NCBI GenBank assembly: GCA_038087875.1
Contig: CM075998.1
Location: 3,164,001 to 3,228,000, forward strand
Reading direction: 5' to 3'
From: Malacoraja senta
Taxonomy: Eukaryota
Length of the DNA: 64,000 nucleotides
Below, piece by piece: positions 45,200-59,519 of the stretch (its first letter is position 1; each line of letters opens with the position of its first letter). A model generated the notes under the pieces. It did not search any database. It was not told the DNA's origin and was given only the letters and a program-made list of their open reading frames with translations. The position numbers and the translations under genes are program-made.

Positions 45200-45390
45200 C
45201 CCATCGACCATCGCAACAGGTCCGCAGCAGACGCCATCTCCCTCGCCCTAAACTCATCTCTGGAACTCCTAGACAACAAGTATTCTTACATTGGACTCCT
45301 ATTTATCAGCCATAGCTTCACCTTCAACACCATAATCCCATCCAAACTCATCTCCAATCTCCTGGACCTAGGAATCAGCACCCCCCCCCT
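45200..45390 (+). mobile_element. Rex1/Babar RT fragment
   Basis: NRSAADAISLALNSSLELLD...LLFI..SFTFNTIIPSKLISNLLDLG. Confidence 0.75.
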
Positions 45391-46784
45391 CTGTGTGTCA
45401 ACATCCATGGACCAAAGCAGTTTTTCCAGGTGAAGCAATGATTCACTGCACTCCTTCCAATCAGTGTTCATGATGCTGTCAATTGGTTGTGAGGTAACTC
45501 AGCTCTGTCTATTGCATGCTATTTTTGATGTTTAGCTCACATCTCATCCTATATTGCAACTTCAGAAGGCAGGCATCTCATCATATTAAGGTATTCCTGG
45601 TGCTGTTCCTGACACTCCTTCTGCACTCTTCACCGAACCAGGGGCAATCTCCCAGCTGACAGTAATGGTTGACGGGTCGTGAGGTGGCAGATTGTGGTGG
45701 TGAACACCTCTGCTGCCTCACAGATGCACAGTTTGGAGCTGCCAGATCTGTTCTGAGTTTGCCTCATTTAGCACAATGATGGTTCCACACAATACAATGG
45801 ATGGGGTCTTCGGTGTGACGATGGGACTTTTCATGTGGGACATTCCCACCAATGCTACCCTGGCCATGGACTAGTGAAGATCAGGTCATACAGGGCTCTC
45901 TCTGCTGTCGCAGACCCAGTCTGGTATCAATGGACTCAGTTAACTTGGTCAGTGGTGATGCTACCAAGCTATTTTTGATGATGGTATGGGATATAGGACA
46001 GACAAAATGTCTGCTGAGCTAAACATCCGTATAGATATAATGGAAAACCCAATGCATGACATCATAAAGAATTTTTTTTATCATAGTGACATGAAATGTT
46101 TAAGATGTATCCAATGATTCCCATTGTTGAATAATCAACGTTCTAATTTCCTATGCAATATTGAGTCTCATTTCTGCTGGTGAAAATGAAGCAAAGAAAT
46201 GAAAACACAGATAGATGCTGCTTGACCATCTGAATTCTTCCAGATGTTTTTTTTCAACAGAAGCCAGCATCTGCAATCTCTCTTGTATCATCAAAATTAT
46301 TTTAATTAATCCAAATTGATTTTTGGACAGGTTCAGCCAAAAACACCTGGATTGATTATTCCAAACTTTTTCGGAATTAATCCAACAAATCCAAGTAGCA
46401 CTTGAACGAGCTGCCCATGACATACTACATCAATACAAGAGATTTACAGTTTATTTCAATAAATCACAGCACTTTGATCGATTCCACTGCAGTGAGTGAG
46501 GATGTCACATACTCATCCAATTACACAAACAGATGAACTAAAAACTCATTCGGGAGACTAAACTATGCAGAGTTTATTAAAGCACAACACACATCATGTT
46601 CAGGCACCATCTAGCGGTAACAGAAGAGTGAACATCCAGAGAGCTCAAATGAAGCAACTATCATGTTTGAAGCAAAATGAATAATCAGAGCAGGGGGTTG
46701 CCTGGCAACAATGAACATACACACTTTTTAAACATATTCAATAAAGTCTCTGATCTTCACCACTCTACTTCTGAAGGTGTTGAA

Positions 46785-47030
46785 CTCGACTAGGGTACAG
46801 TGGTCTCTGTTTCTCCCTCTCCTCCGAAGGTACTGATTTTCACTGGGTGCAATGGGTCTCTCTTTCCCTCTCCCTCCTGATGGTACTGACTCTCACTGGG
46901 GTACAGTGAATCTCTCTCTCGCTCGCACTTTGCTTCTTTCTCTCTCTATCCTGAAAGTACTGACTCTCACTGGGTACAGTGAATCTCTCGCTCTCTCTCT
47001 CTCCTCTCCTGAAGGTACTGACCCTCAATG
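46785..47030. repeat. Degenerate tandem repeat of about 50 bp (cctgaaggtactgactctcactgggtacagtgaatctctc)
   Basis: About four diverged units. Confidence 0.7.
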
Positions 47031-47249
47031 ACGTACAGTTACCTTGGAGCTATGAGCAAGACGACTGTATCGTAGGGATATGGCGGACTGCCGTGTGCTC
47101 TGTTTCAGACACGTGGCTTATACCCAACTCTCTGTGCTGGCACTCCAGCCAGAAGGTTTTCCATCTACCAAATGGACCAGATGGCAACGTTAGGAAAAGG
47201 AAGAGACAGAGGCATCTGCTTTACGATAAACTTGTTGAGCTGCTTAGAT

Positions 47250-48030
47250 GTGGCGGTCAATCCTCCTCATTGACCATCAGCACAGGTATACCTCAAACTG
47301 CATGCTTAGCCACCTGTGCTACTCTCTTTATACCCATGACTGGCCAGGCATCCATTGCCATCTATAAATTTGCTGACATAATTGCTGTTGACCGAGTCAC
47401 TTGGTGGTAAAGAATCAGTGTACAGGACAGAGATCGACCACCTTGATGAGTGGTGCTGCAACAACAACCTCTCGCTCAATGTGAATAAAACCAAGGAACT
47501 AATCTGTGGCTTCAGAAAGGGGAAGTTGGGAGACCATGTGCCAGTTTACATTGGTGGGTTGACCTCGGAGAGAGTTGGTAGCTTCAAATTTCTGGGCGTT
47601 TACACCTGGAATCACCTGTTCTGGGTCCAGCGCAAACATGTAATCACGAAGAAGGCGCACCTGCACCTCTAGTTTTTAGAAGTTTAAAGAGATTCAGTGC
47701 GTCATCTTCCAACAAAATTCTACAGATGCACTGGCAGAAAATATGCTGACTGGTTGCATCGTGGCCTGGTATAGCAATTCCAACTCACAGGAACGCAAGA
47801 GGCGGCAGAGATTGCTGGACTTAGCCTGGTCCATCACGGGCACAGGCCTCCCTAACATCGATCTACATGAGGCGCTGCCTCCAGAAGGCAGCTTCTATCA
47901 TCATGGATCCCCACCATCCAGGCCATGCCCTCTTCTCACTGCTACTATCGGGCAGAATCCTAAAGTCCCATACCACCAGGTTCAGAAACAGCTACTTTCC
48001 TACAATTATCAGGTTCTTGGACAAACCTGC
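47250..48030 (+). mobile_element. Rex1/Babar-clade LINE RT fragment
   Basis: KFAD...WCCNNNLSLNVNKTKELI...FKFLGV...ITKKA; DPHHPGHALFSLL. Confidence 0.8.
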
Positions 48031-48034
48031 ACAA

Positions 48035-48492
48035 AGGCCCGATCCTGGCCTCTCTCCACTGGCTCCCTGTACGGTTCCGTATACATTTCAAGATCCTCCT
48101 CCATGTCTACAAAGCCCTCAATGGGCTTGCCCCCACCTACATTAAAAGTCTTCTCACCCACCACTCCACCTCCAGGTCCCTCAGATCGGCCGACTTGGGG
48201 TTGCTGAATATCCCGCGGTCTAGGCATAAGCTCAGGGGCGACCGCGCCTTTGCGTTTGCAGCTCCTAGACTGTGGAACAGCATCCCTCTTCCCATCAGAG
48301 CTGCCCCCCTCCATCGACTCCTTTAAGTCAAGACTAAAAACTTATCTCTACTCCCAAGCCTTTCTTGACGTCCTCTGAGTGAGGGCTATATGTATATATG
48401 TATGTAGTTTGTTTGTTTATATTATTCTTATAACAAATGTGAAGCACTTTGGCCAACGAGAGTTGTTTTTTAAATGTGCTATATAAATAAAT
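48035..48492 (+). mobile_element. L2-clade LINE 3' end
   Basis: LHWLPVRFRIHFKILL.VYKALNGLAPTY...RLWNSIP...FKSRLKTYL; tail aagcacttt...gtgctatataaataaa. Confidence 0.85.
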
Positions 48493-49939
48493 GACGACAA
48501 TTGCAATCCTACTTCATGGACTGGTTTTTAATTGTGTTCGACACTCGAGCATTGTTTTTTTGTAGTCTTTTTCTTCCCATTGTCTTGTACAACTTAGGTG
48601 TCATTTATCTATAATTTATGCTTCTGAGGTTACATGCGTGATGGTGCAAAAGCACGATTTTCATTGTACCTGTATCTCACTGTACTTGTGCACATGACAA
48701 TAAACTTGATTTGACTTAGTCTCTCTCTCTCTCCCCTCCTGACGTTGGTGACTCTAACAGTCACTGCACTGAGGAATCGTACCGCTAAGGCCACAGTGGG
48801 AGGAGACATATTCATGCAGCCCTTATACCCATGCCAAACCTGATACTTTTTAATTTCCTTTCCAGGGTAAAACTTGCAGATGATCTACCCATTCTCGCCT
48901 TTATCTCGCATTATCAGTTGAAACTTAAGTCCACAGACAATTTTTGTGGACCTTGCAAGTGGGTAGAGTTGGGAGACTCTTTGAGACGAGAAGGTTTGTT
49001 TTTGGTAAGTGATATTCTTGTACTGTCAGTTTAATGTAATGTCTGCATAAATCATCCTGACACTTGGTGAACATTTCTTCAAGTGAGATAGCACTGTGTG
49101 CGCAGTTAAGTGTAGTCAGAGTGTGATACAGCACAGAAACAAGCTCTTTGGTCCACCACGTCTATGTTAACCATCAATTGCCCATCTATACTAACATTAT
49201 TCACCAGCAAGTGGTCCAATGGCCTTCCATACCTTGGTGAATCAAGTGCTCTTCTAAATAAAACTTAATGTTGTGTGTCTCTGCCGTCACCAATCTCTCA
49301 GTCAGTGCGTTCCACCTCTATGGGGAAGATACCTTCTTAAGATCACCTTAATCTGTTGACTGCCAAGTTTTTCCCCCCACTATTGGCCATGGCCCGAGTA
49401 TATTCGGAGGTGGCACTGAACACGATAAACATTCAAACACCTTGTGATGAACCTCTATCCAAAGTTTTTCAAGACAAGTCAAGTGAGTTTATTGTCATGT
49501 GTCCCTGATAGGACAATGAAATTCTTGCTTTGCTTCAGCACAACAGAACATAGAAGCCATTGACCACAAAACAGATCAGTGTTTTGACACCTCTAGTGTA
49601 GAGTTTTTGACACCTCTAGTGTGGAGAAAGGCTTCTTACTAACTACCTTTTCTGTGCCCCTTCATTAATTCTGTACAGCTCTATCAGTAGGTCACCAGTA
49701 TTGAGAAATATTGGAGGGGTGGGGGGGAGAATAATGGGAGAAATGCATGTCCTTTAGCGAATATACGCGGCCACTGTCTGACATGGGCCTGTGGAAAGCT
49801 TCACCTCAGCAGCGATTCGGGATGGGCAATAATGCTAACCAACGACGCCTACGTTAGATGTGTATTAAGTAACGCATAATGCAATACATATAAAATGGTT
49901 GATGTGGTAAGAAATGGACGAATGCCGACCTGGTGTAAA

Positions 49940-50342
49940 ATCGGTAAAAAGCCAACGAGTGACTTCGCTCGAGCCCGGTTGTGGACTGCGGGCGGACGGA
50001 CGGACAACAGGCGGGACCAATAGGATCTTTGGGCGGGACGGGTTGGGCGGCGCTCCGCCCGACGTCATGACGTCGTGACATTCCAACGCCCGTCGTCCTG
50101 ACGTCCCGACGCCCGCTCGCCCGACGCCTGACGTCAGAAGGCCCGAACGCCCGCCCGCCGATCCCGATTGGCTGCGAGGAAGGGGTCGGGAGGTCTGGCG
50201 GGATCGCGAGTGGCCAATGAGCGGCGCGCGGGGCGGCCCGCGCTAGTGGGAACTTTCTGCCGTCCAAGTGAGAAGAGGAGCTCGAGGCGGACTGGCTGGC
50301 CGGCCCGTCTGTGTGTGTGTTTGGGGGCTGAGCAGGTAGGAG
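49940..50342 (+). promoter_or_regulatory. CpG-island promoter with CRE, CCAAT and GC boxes and a probable non-coding first exon ending at 50336 (GAGCAG|GTAGGA) of an unidentified gene
   Basis: Dense CpG; TGACGTCA at 50129; palindrome CGACGTCATGACGTCG at 50060; CCAAT near 50018 and 50213; ATTGG near 50168; GGGCGG boxes. Confidence 0.7.
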
Positions 50343-53080
50343 GTCTCGGACACAAGCTTGGGGGTGGTGGTAGGAAGGAGGGAAAGAGGGGAAAAGGGAA
50401 AAACAAAGAAATATGGCATCGGCTGAAGAAAGGGAAGGCAGGAAGGAAGTCTGAATGTGTGTGTGTGGGGCCTGGCCGACCGACTGAGCTCCAGAGGGGG
50501 ATAATATCCTCCTAGCTTTTTTGCATTCTTATAGCTTCATGCTCCTGTTATCTGTGCAGTCCAGGGTTTTCTTTGATTATTATTTCCTCAGCTGTTCAAT
50601 GGGTTCTTTCAGCTCAATAATAAGTTTCCATGATGCCGGTCATATTACCTCGCTGATTATTTGGCAACGTGATGATAAAACTTCTTTGTGAGTGCAAATT
50701 ACTTCTCAGTGGTAAACAGTGGACTATCTGTTAGAAAAGCAGTCACATCATGTAACCCTGATCTTACATTGTTTGACCTTGTTTGGGATTCTAAGTATCA
50801 AAACAATAACAGCACCATGTCATGTTATATGGAAAAATACATTTAAATCTAACCAGAGATATTAAAACCGAATGACTATACGTTTGGAAAAGGTGGCAGG
50901 TTTAAAAGATTGTTTCTTTAAAAGAGACTGGGAAGTGTTTTAAAGTATTTCCAGAGCTTGAACTCTTTTTCCCAGGTTGGAACTGTCAAGGAATGGTGGG
51001 TAGTTCTTTAAGGTGAGAGGGGCAAGTTTTAAAGGGAAAAGGGTGATGGGTGCAGGTGATGCATTACCAGGGATGGTGATGGAGGCAGATAAGAGGCTTT
51101 TGGACAGACACGTGGATATGCGGAGAATGGAGGGACATGGATCACGTGCAGGCAGAGGAGATTATAGTTTAACTTGGCATCATGTTCATCACAGCTGTTG
51201 TGGGCTGACTTGCCTGTTCCTGTGCTATACTGTTCTATGTTCTAAGGGATGATTAAGAGTCCAATTGTGTTACATTGGAGCTCACTATGTTTAACACTCA
51301 TGTACTCTTTTAGTTTCTCTGTTAATGCTTCATGTTAGCACAGAATGGGATTCCCATTTAGAATTAATACAAGTGTTTCCCGATGTAGGAGAAGACTTGT
51401 ATGGTCCCTTAAGCCTGTTACACTATTAAGTGGGGTTGTGGCTGATACTCGACCCAAACTTTGCTGTCTTGCCTTGATCTCTATACCCCATTACACACTC
51501 AATTGCATCCTCAAGCTATGCTTTCTGAGTGAGCGAATTCTAAAGATCTACAGTATCGTGCGTAGAGACATTTCTTATCTTGCTTGTAAATAGCTGCTTC
51601 CTTATTCTTAGACTTTACTCTGTCAATTCTAGATTCCCCCCTGTGATGAAACCTCCCTTTCAATGTCTGTGAGGCTTGTATTTGTCATTTGCCAATTTGC
51701 CATCTCATTCTGCAAAGCAATGTAAAAAACAATCTTGTTGAATCTTTCTTGATAGAACAATCCCAGGAATCGGAACAGAGTGTTCCAAATGTACCTACAT
51801 GTTTACTTTTTGCATCTTGAGAGCAGCACATCAAGATCCCTTTGTACACTAATGTTTACCAGCTTTCCCTCATTTGTATTCTGTTTCTCTGCTCTTCCCA
51901 CATTTTCCCACATTGTATTCCATCTTCTTGTCCACTACGTTAACCCACAAGCCTTCACAGACCCCCCTCTGACCGCAGTTTGCTTTTATCACATATCTTT
52001 GAATCGTTTGCATCATATTGCACTTCAACATGAAGATTTGCAAATGTTGGCCAGACTTGGAGGATTTCATATCAGACAGTGTCATTACTTCTCACCACAT
52101 CCCAACCCTCACCCTAATTTGACCCAGTTTGACCCTAATTAACCCTGAACGGAATCCGCACCCTCCATGCAAGAACAGCCCGTCACCTGCACAAGTGGGT
52201 GGGGGGGGGGGGGGGGTGACAGACAGCCCTGCTCGTGACTGTGGACATCCAGACCAGACCATTCCAATACATCGTGAATGACTGCTCACTGAGGCTTTTC
52301 TCTGGTGTCATCAGTTGCTTGCCATTCTCCAAGCAACTGATGCTGTCCTGGCCTGGATGTCTAGCCTTGACCTACAACTTTAGGCTGTGCACACCAATAC
52401 GCAAGAAGAAGAAGAAGACATCCCAACCCTCACCCTAATTTAAGCAAAGTATTCCATGCTCTGCCTGTCAAGTTACAAATAACTTTGCCTTTTGAGTCTG
52501 AAGTAATGACTGCCCAGTATTTGCTTTAGACTCGTGGAGTAGTACAGCGTGAAAACAGGCCCTTGGACCCAACCTGCAACACGCCAACCAACATGCCCCA
52601 GCTACACTAGTCCCACCTGCCTGCATTTGGCCTATTTCCCTCTAAACCTGTCCTATCCATGTAATTGTCTGAATGTTTCTTAAACGTTATAATACTATCT
52701 GGTGCTCCACAAAAGTCGCCGCAGGCAGGCGCCATCTTTGGTCTCCTTTCAATGCCTACTATGTTCTGTTGTGCTGAAGCAAAGCAAGAATTTCATTGTC
52801 CTATCAGGGACACTTGACAATAAACTCTCTTGAATCTTGAATCTATCTGCCTCAACAACCTCCTCTGGCAGCGCATTCCATACACCTACCAACTTTTGTG
52901 CAAAAACAAAATGCCCTTCAGATTCCTTTTAAATCTCCCCCCCTCCCCCCTCACAAGCCTATGTACTCTGGTCCTCAATTCACCTACTCTGGGTAAAATA
53001 CTGTGCATTTACCCTATCTATACCCCTCATCCTCCTGTGCTCCAAGGAATAACGTCCCAGCCTGCTCAACCTCTCCCTAC

Positions 53081-53317
53081 AGGGCCTGTCCCACTTGGCG
53101 ATTTTTTCTTGCCGACTGTCGACATAATTGACAGACGTATCAGGTCACCGAAAAAGTCGCGGCGTGATGTCGTATTGACGCGTGGTGTTTCCTCAAGTGT
53201 CGCAACTTTTTTTTGTCGCCACTGGATTTTGGCATGTTCAAAATTTTTCTGCGACCCTGATGCATCATTCAATGACGCTAGCAGTCGTCGAAAAAATCGC
53301 CAAATGGGACAGGCCCT
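53081..53317. mobile_element. MITE-like element with about 28-nt TIRs (AGGGCCTGTCCCAyTTGGCGATTTTTTC), inserted in a CR1 fragment
   Basis: Near-perfect inverted ends visible at 53081 and 53317. Confidence 0.75.
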
Positions 53318-53603
53318 TGAGTCCTGGCAATATTTTCAAATCTTTTCTGCACTCTTTCCAGTTTAACAGCATATTTCCCATAACAGGGTAACCACAACTG
53401 AACACAATACGCTAAGTGTGATCTCTCCAATGTCTTGTACGAGACATTTTTGTCTTACAGGTCTTTTATGTTGTGTTGTATTTTGTGGGGTTGGAACAGG
53501 GTGACACGTTCACAGTTTCTGCTTGGACTGGGCAACATTCAAATGTCCAATTGCATGTTATATCCTTGCAAACAGAGCCTACATCGGAAGAGAGATGTGT
53601 ATA

Positions 53604-55226
53604 CAGTGTCCTCCATAATGTTTGGGACAAAGACCCATCATTTATTTATTTGCCTCTGTACTCTACAATTTGAGATTTGTAAAAGAAAAAAATCACACGG
53701 TTAAAGTGCACGTTGTCAGATTTTAATAAAGGCCAATTCTATACATTTTGGTTTCACCATGTAGAAATTACAGCTGTGTGTATACATAGTCCCCCCTATT
53801 TCAGGGCACCATAATGTTTGGGACACATGGCTTCACAGGTGTTTGTAATTGCTCAGGTATGTTTAATTGCCTCCTTAATGCAGGTACAAGAGAGCTCTCA
53901 GCACCTAGTCTTTCCTCCAGTCTTTCCATCAACTTTGGAAACTTTTATTGCTGTTTATCAACATGAGGACCAAAGTTGTGCCAATGTAATTCATAGACGC
54001 CATTATGAGACTGAGAAACAAGAATAAAACTGTTAGAGACATCAGCCAAACCTGAGGCTTACCAAAATCAACTGTTTAGAACATCATTAAGAAGAAAGAG
54101 AGCACTGGTGAGCTTACTAATCGCAAAGGGACTGGCAGGCCAAGGAAGCTGATGACAGAAGAAATCTCTTTATAATAAAGAAAAATCCCCAAACACCTGC
54201 CCGACAGATCAGAAACACTTCAGGAGTCGGGTGTGGATTTGTCAATGACCACTATCCGCAGAAGACATCATGAACAGAAATTCCGAGGCTACACTGCAAG
54301 ATGCAAACCACTCGTTAGCCACAAAAATAGGATGGCCAGCTTACAGTTTGCCAAGAAGTAATTAAAAGAGCAACCACAGTTCTGGAAAAAGGTCTTGTGG
54401 ACAGATGAGACGAAGATTAACTTATCTCAGAGTGATGGCTAGAGCAAAGTATGGAGGAGAGAAGGAACTTCCAAAGATCCAAAGCATACCACCTCATCTG
54501 TGAAACACAGTGGTGGGGGTGTTATGGCCTGGGCATATATGGCTGCTGAATGTACTGGCTCACTTATCTTCATTGATGATACAATTGCTGATGGTAGTAG
54601 CATAATGAATTCTGAAGTGTATAGACACATCCTACCTGCTCAAGTTCAAATAAATGCCTCAAAAATCATTGGCCGGCGGTTCATTCTACAGCAAGACAAT
54701 GATCCCAAACATACTGCTGAAGCAACAAAGGAGTTTTTCAAAGGTACAAAATTGTCAATTCTTGAGTGGCCAAGACAATCACCCGATCTAAACCCAATTG
54801 AGCATGGCTTTTACATGCTGAAGAGAAAACTGAAGGGGACTAGCCCCCAAAACAAGCATAAGCTAAAGATGGCTGTAATACAGGCCTGGCAGAGCATCAC
54901 CAGAGAAGACACCCAGCAACTGGTGATGCCCATGAATTGCAGACTTCAAGCAGTCATTGCATGCAAAGGATATGCAACAAAATACTAAACATAACTACTT
55001 TCATTTACATGGCATTGCTGTGTCCCAAACACTATGGTGCCCTGAAATGGGGGGACTATGTATAAACACTACTGTCATTTCTACATGGTGAAACCCAAAT
55101 GTATAAAAATGGCAATGTGCACTTTAACCACACGTGATTTTTTTCTATTACAAATCTCAAATTGTGGAGTACAAAGGCAAATAAATAAATGATGGGTCTT
55201 TGTCCCAAACATTATGGAGGGCACTG
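53604..55226 (+). mobile_element. Full-length Tc1-family (DD34E, IR/DR-type) DNA transposon, decayed transposase
   Basis: TA|CAGTG...CACTG|TA ends; long TIRs each with two CCATAATGTTTGGGACA-like direct repeats; WTDETK, QQDNDPKH and SPDLNPIE motifs with 34 residues between D and E; stops and frameshifts in the 5' half. Confidence 0.95.
53963..54988 (+). pseudogene. Tc1 transposase pseudogene (intact C-terminal ORF 54500-54988)
   Basis: MRTKVVPM start, then disrupted; the ORF track gives KHSGGGVMAW...QQDNDPKH...SPDLNPIEH...KGYATKY. Confidence 0.9.
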
Positions 55227-56529
55227 TAAAATTAACAATACAATACAATGAACTTTATTTATCCGTTAGGAACTTTGGTTTCTGCAGCCATATAACAAAA
55301 TAAACAATTTTACAAGACACAACCAAACTCAATTCACACAGACATCCATCACAGTGAATCTCCTCCTCACTGTGATGGAAGGCAAAGTCTTGTCTCTCCC
55401 CTGCTCTCCATCCTCTCCCGATTTTAATGCCCCCGGCGGGCGATGGTAAGTCCCGTGGCCGTTAAGGCCGCGCCGGCGATGTAAGGCTCTGCTCCGGGTC
55501 TTAACGTTGGAGCCCCCGGCGGGCGATGGCAAGTCCCGCGGCCGTTAAAGCCGGCGCAGAGGAGTGCAGGTCTGTCTCGTCGCGTGTACAATTTGGACGC
55601 AGAGACATGTCACTGGTAAAGAGACATGTTGTCTGACCCGCTGAGTTAGTCCAGCTTTTTGTGTCTATCCTCGGTGTAAACCAGCATCTGCAGTTTCTTC
55701 CGACACAATGCAATCTTGCAACGTGGCTCAGTTTGCATCTCGGCCAATAAAAGAATATAGAAATAAATACAAGTTGGATGCTTTTGAAATGAAAATAGGA
55801 GCCTGCACCTTGTGGGTGGAATAGAAAGGAGTAAACAAGAGTTAACCTATCCCTCATTAGAGCTATATGCTAAAAAAACATGAAGATGCTTTCGATGGTT
55901 ATATTCAGATCCTGAGGATCTCTGCAGAAGCTGTGTAATATTCTGGCAGGATTCACTTGGAGATGAGCACAGATTTGGTCGCAGGAACAGGGTATGAATG
56001 AATTAATGAATATGGTGCCGCAGCGGTAGAGTTGCCTCCTCACAGCGCCAGAGACCCGGCTTCCATCCTGACCACGGGTGCTGTGTGTACGGAGTTTGTG
56101 CGTTCTCCTCGTGACCTGCGTAGGTTTTCTCTGGTTCCCTCCCACACTCCAAAGTAAGGTAGACAAAAATGCTGGAGAAACACAGCGGGTGGGGCAGCAT
56201 CGATGGAGCGAAGGAATAGATGACGTTTCGGGTCCTGAAACGTCACCTATTCCTTTGCTCCATAGATGCTGCCTCACCCGCTGAGTTTCTCCTGCATTTT
56301 TGTCTACCTTCGATTTTTCCAGCATCTGCAGTTCTTTCTTAAACAACTCTAAAGTAAGGTGGTAAGTTGTAAAATTGTGCCGATTGCGTGTAATGTGCAG
56401 TATGGGGTGATCGCTGCTTAGGAAGGTCGGAATGGTGGATGGAGTTGTGGGGAGAGCAGGGGAGATTATAACAAGAGGCTGGGACGTGATTGATGAAGGT
56501 AACCAGATGCTGTGGATAATGGCATCTGC

Positions 56530-56827
56530 TTTAGAGTTTAGAGGTACAGCATGGAAATATGCCCTCCGGCCCACCAAGTCCGCAACGACCAGCGATCCCC
56601 GTTCACCATCGCCAAGCACTAGGGGCAATTTACAACTTTTACCGAAGCCAATTACCCTACAAACCTGTACGTGCTTGGGATGTGGGAGAAAACCGGAGCA
56701 CCCGGAGAAAACCCTCGCGGGTCACGGGAAGAACGTACAAACTCCGTACAGACAGCACCCGTTGCCAGTGTGGAACCCGGGTCCCTGGCGCTGTGAGGCA
56801 GCAACTCTACCGCTGCGCCACCGTGCC
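56530..56827 (-). mobile_element. HE1-like SINE
   Basis: Reverse-complement match. Confidence 0.8.
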
Positions 56828-58132
56828 GTCCCTGCCACTGTGCCCCCCCCCCCCCCGGTGGGAAAGGAAGGTGAAGTGAGTGACCAAATAAGGGAGGGGG
56901 GGGGTGAACAGATGGGAGCAGTGGGGGAGCGGACCTGATGGAATGTGTGTGTGTGGGTGAAAGGCAAATGGAGTGGGTGGGGAAGAAGCTGGATGAGAAG
57001 AATTAGGAACAAGCTCAACTTCCTGCTATGTGAGACTGGCTTAGGACAATTATTAAAAATGAGCAGGTTTTGGGCAAGGTTCATGAATCTAACTTGGCTC
57101 TAACAGTGCCAATGTTTGCTGGCCAGTCAATAATTACTTCTTGGCCACAGCTCAAGATACTGGCTGTTATAAATTATTTGCAGGTGGATTTAAAGTTGTT
57201 TCCTCCAGTTAAGCTTCATCAACCATTTGGCTTTGGGTGTTTTCTTCTTTCTCCAGGAGATCAGCTGAGTGAGCTGGATTTTAGAAAAGGTGCACCAGCA
57301 CATCTTTGTTCCTTAGTCGAGGACTTTACAAGCCTTGGGCGGCACGATGTCTCAGCGGTAGAGTTGCTGCCTCACGTCAGAGACCTGGGTTCGATCCTGA
57401 CTTCGGGTGCTGTCTGTATGGAGGTTTACGTTCTCCCCGTGACTGCGTGGGTTTTCTCCGGGTGCTCTGGTTTCCTCCCACACTACAAAGACATGCAGGT
57501 TTATAGGTTAATTGGCTTCGGTAAATTGTAAATTGCCCGGCGGGCCGAAGGGCCTGTTTCTGCACTGCGTATCTAAGCTAAACATTTAATGTTTAAAGCC
57601 AGACTCTGCTGTAAAACTAAGAGGCGATGCTCGTTAAAAGATCTGATAGTCCTGCTTCCCCTCTTATTAAAGCGTAACTATGACAGTTACCTTTTTATTA
57701 AAACCCTAGCAGCAGAGGTTTCCTTTGTGAAAATCCACCCAGTAGCGGTTGTGCTCTTAGTAAAACCCTGACTGGAATAGTTGCCTTATTATTACTCGGC
57801 TTATTTCTTCTTTCGGGTCATCAGGCCAGCCAAAGCTCCACATAACTGGAAATGTTCTGATAGGTATCAAGAGTATGTCTGCATAGGCAAATTACAAGTC
57901 AATTTGGAACTCCCAGTCACAAGATGGCCACAGCTTACAAATTGAAAGTCACCATTTTAACTACATTAACATTTCCAGTATAAACACCAGGGGTTCTGAG
58001 TCCCAGGTAAATGCAGATCCGTTCTGTTTTATTTATTTCTGTGAAGGCAACATGAGCAAAGGGCCAGAGTTGTAAATGTATGACCACGTCATAGAGCATT
58101 GCATCACGCATGTTTCAGAGGCCAGGGGATGG

Positions 58133-58331
58133 NNNNNNNNNNNNNNNNNNNNNNNNNNNNNNNNNNNNNNNNNNNNNNNNNNNNNNNNNNNNNNNNNNNN
58201 NNNNNNNNNNNNNNNNNNNNNNNNNNNNNNNNNNNNNNNNNNNNNNNNNNNNNNNNNNNNNNNNNNNNNNNNNNNNNNNNNNNNNNNNNNNNNNNNNNNN
58301 NNNNNNNNNNNNNNNNNNNNNNNNNNNNNNN
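58133..58331. other. Assembly gap (N run)
   Basis: About 200 N. Confidence 1.
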
Positions 58332-59519
58332 NCGAACGGAATCAAGGGATATGGGGAGAAAGCAGGAACGGGGTACTGAATTTGGTTGATCAGCCATGAT
58401 CACATTGAATAGCGGTGCTGGCTCGAAGGGCTGAATGGCCTACTCCTGCACCTGTTTCTGTGTTTCCAACTGGGCCCATATTTCACATTTCATTTATATG
58501 TTTGGTTCACATTTCAAAGCCATCATCAGCCATTTTATCAATACTAAAAAAATATTGGCATCTTAATGAAGGACAAAATCTGTGACAATTAGTCAATCGA
58601 GTGTTATGTGAGACGGCTCCCTTCTGAAGAGTGAAGCTAAGATTATCACAAAGTGCTCCATCTTGTGCCAAATCCCCTCTCTCTTTCTGCTGACGGTAAA
58701 TTTCCCCTGGGTACGTTTCTGTATCATCCCTTTATACCTTGGCAATTGATACGGTTGGACCTTAGCATTGACTGTTTTGGATATCAATTCTGAACCTGAA
58801 GTCCATACCCAACGTAGACACATAATGCTGGAGTAGCTCAGCGGGTCCATACCCAACCCCTCTGCTAAACAAAGGTCACCAGATAAGCTCTGGGAATGAG
58901 GACACTAGGTTGGTTACCATGCAACGGTGTTGAACTCTCAATGTTGGCTACCCGTAGGAGATCAGGACAGTTTGACCCGCTCCTCATGTGAGACCTGTAC
59001 AATTAGATTCTCTGTTTAAGAAGGAACTGCAGATGCTGGAAAATCGAAGGTAGACAAAAAATGCTGGAGAAACTCAGCGGGTGAGGCAGCCGCTGAGTTT
59101 CTCCAGCAATTAGATTCTCTGGTCTATTGGATGTTAATTCCAATAAGTACCCAAACGCACTTTTATTTTCCCTTTTCACTTGTTATAGAATATAGAACGT
59201 AGCACAGGAACAGGCCCTTCAGCCCACAATGTCTGTGCCGAGCATGATGCCAAAACCAACTCTTATCTGCCTGCACACGATCTCTCCATTCCCTGCATTT
59301 CAATAGTATTGTAAATTCTCCAGTGACCCAGGTGAGTTCAAAGGGAGTGAGTGAGTTTCATCATGCATTGTTTCAGCTTGTCAGAATGACCCAAAACATA
59401 CAAGCACTCCCGTCTCTGGCTGTGAACCCATCCATGGTCCCCACCTCCGGTGTTCTTGGCTCAAACTCCGGACCCCCAGCTGCCAGTAAGAATGTCATTG
59501 TTCTATCATCACTACATCT

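Noticed and set aside
55870..56938. 252-aa and 168-aa ORFs
   Set aside because: Composed of SINE and Penelope-terminus repeats; the same peptides recur in every SINE copy
57256..57290. Strong acceptor (tttcttctttctccag) as an exon of the downstream gene
   Set aside because: No convincing donor or recognisable peptide; cannot be supported
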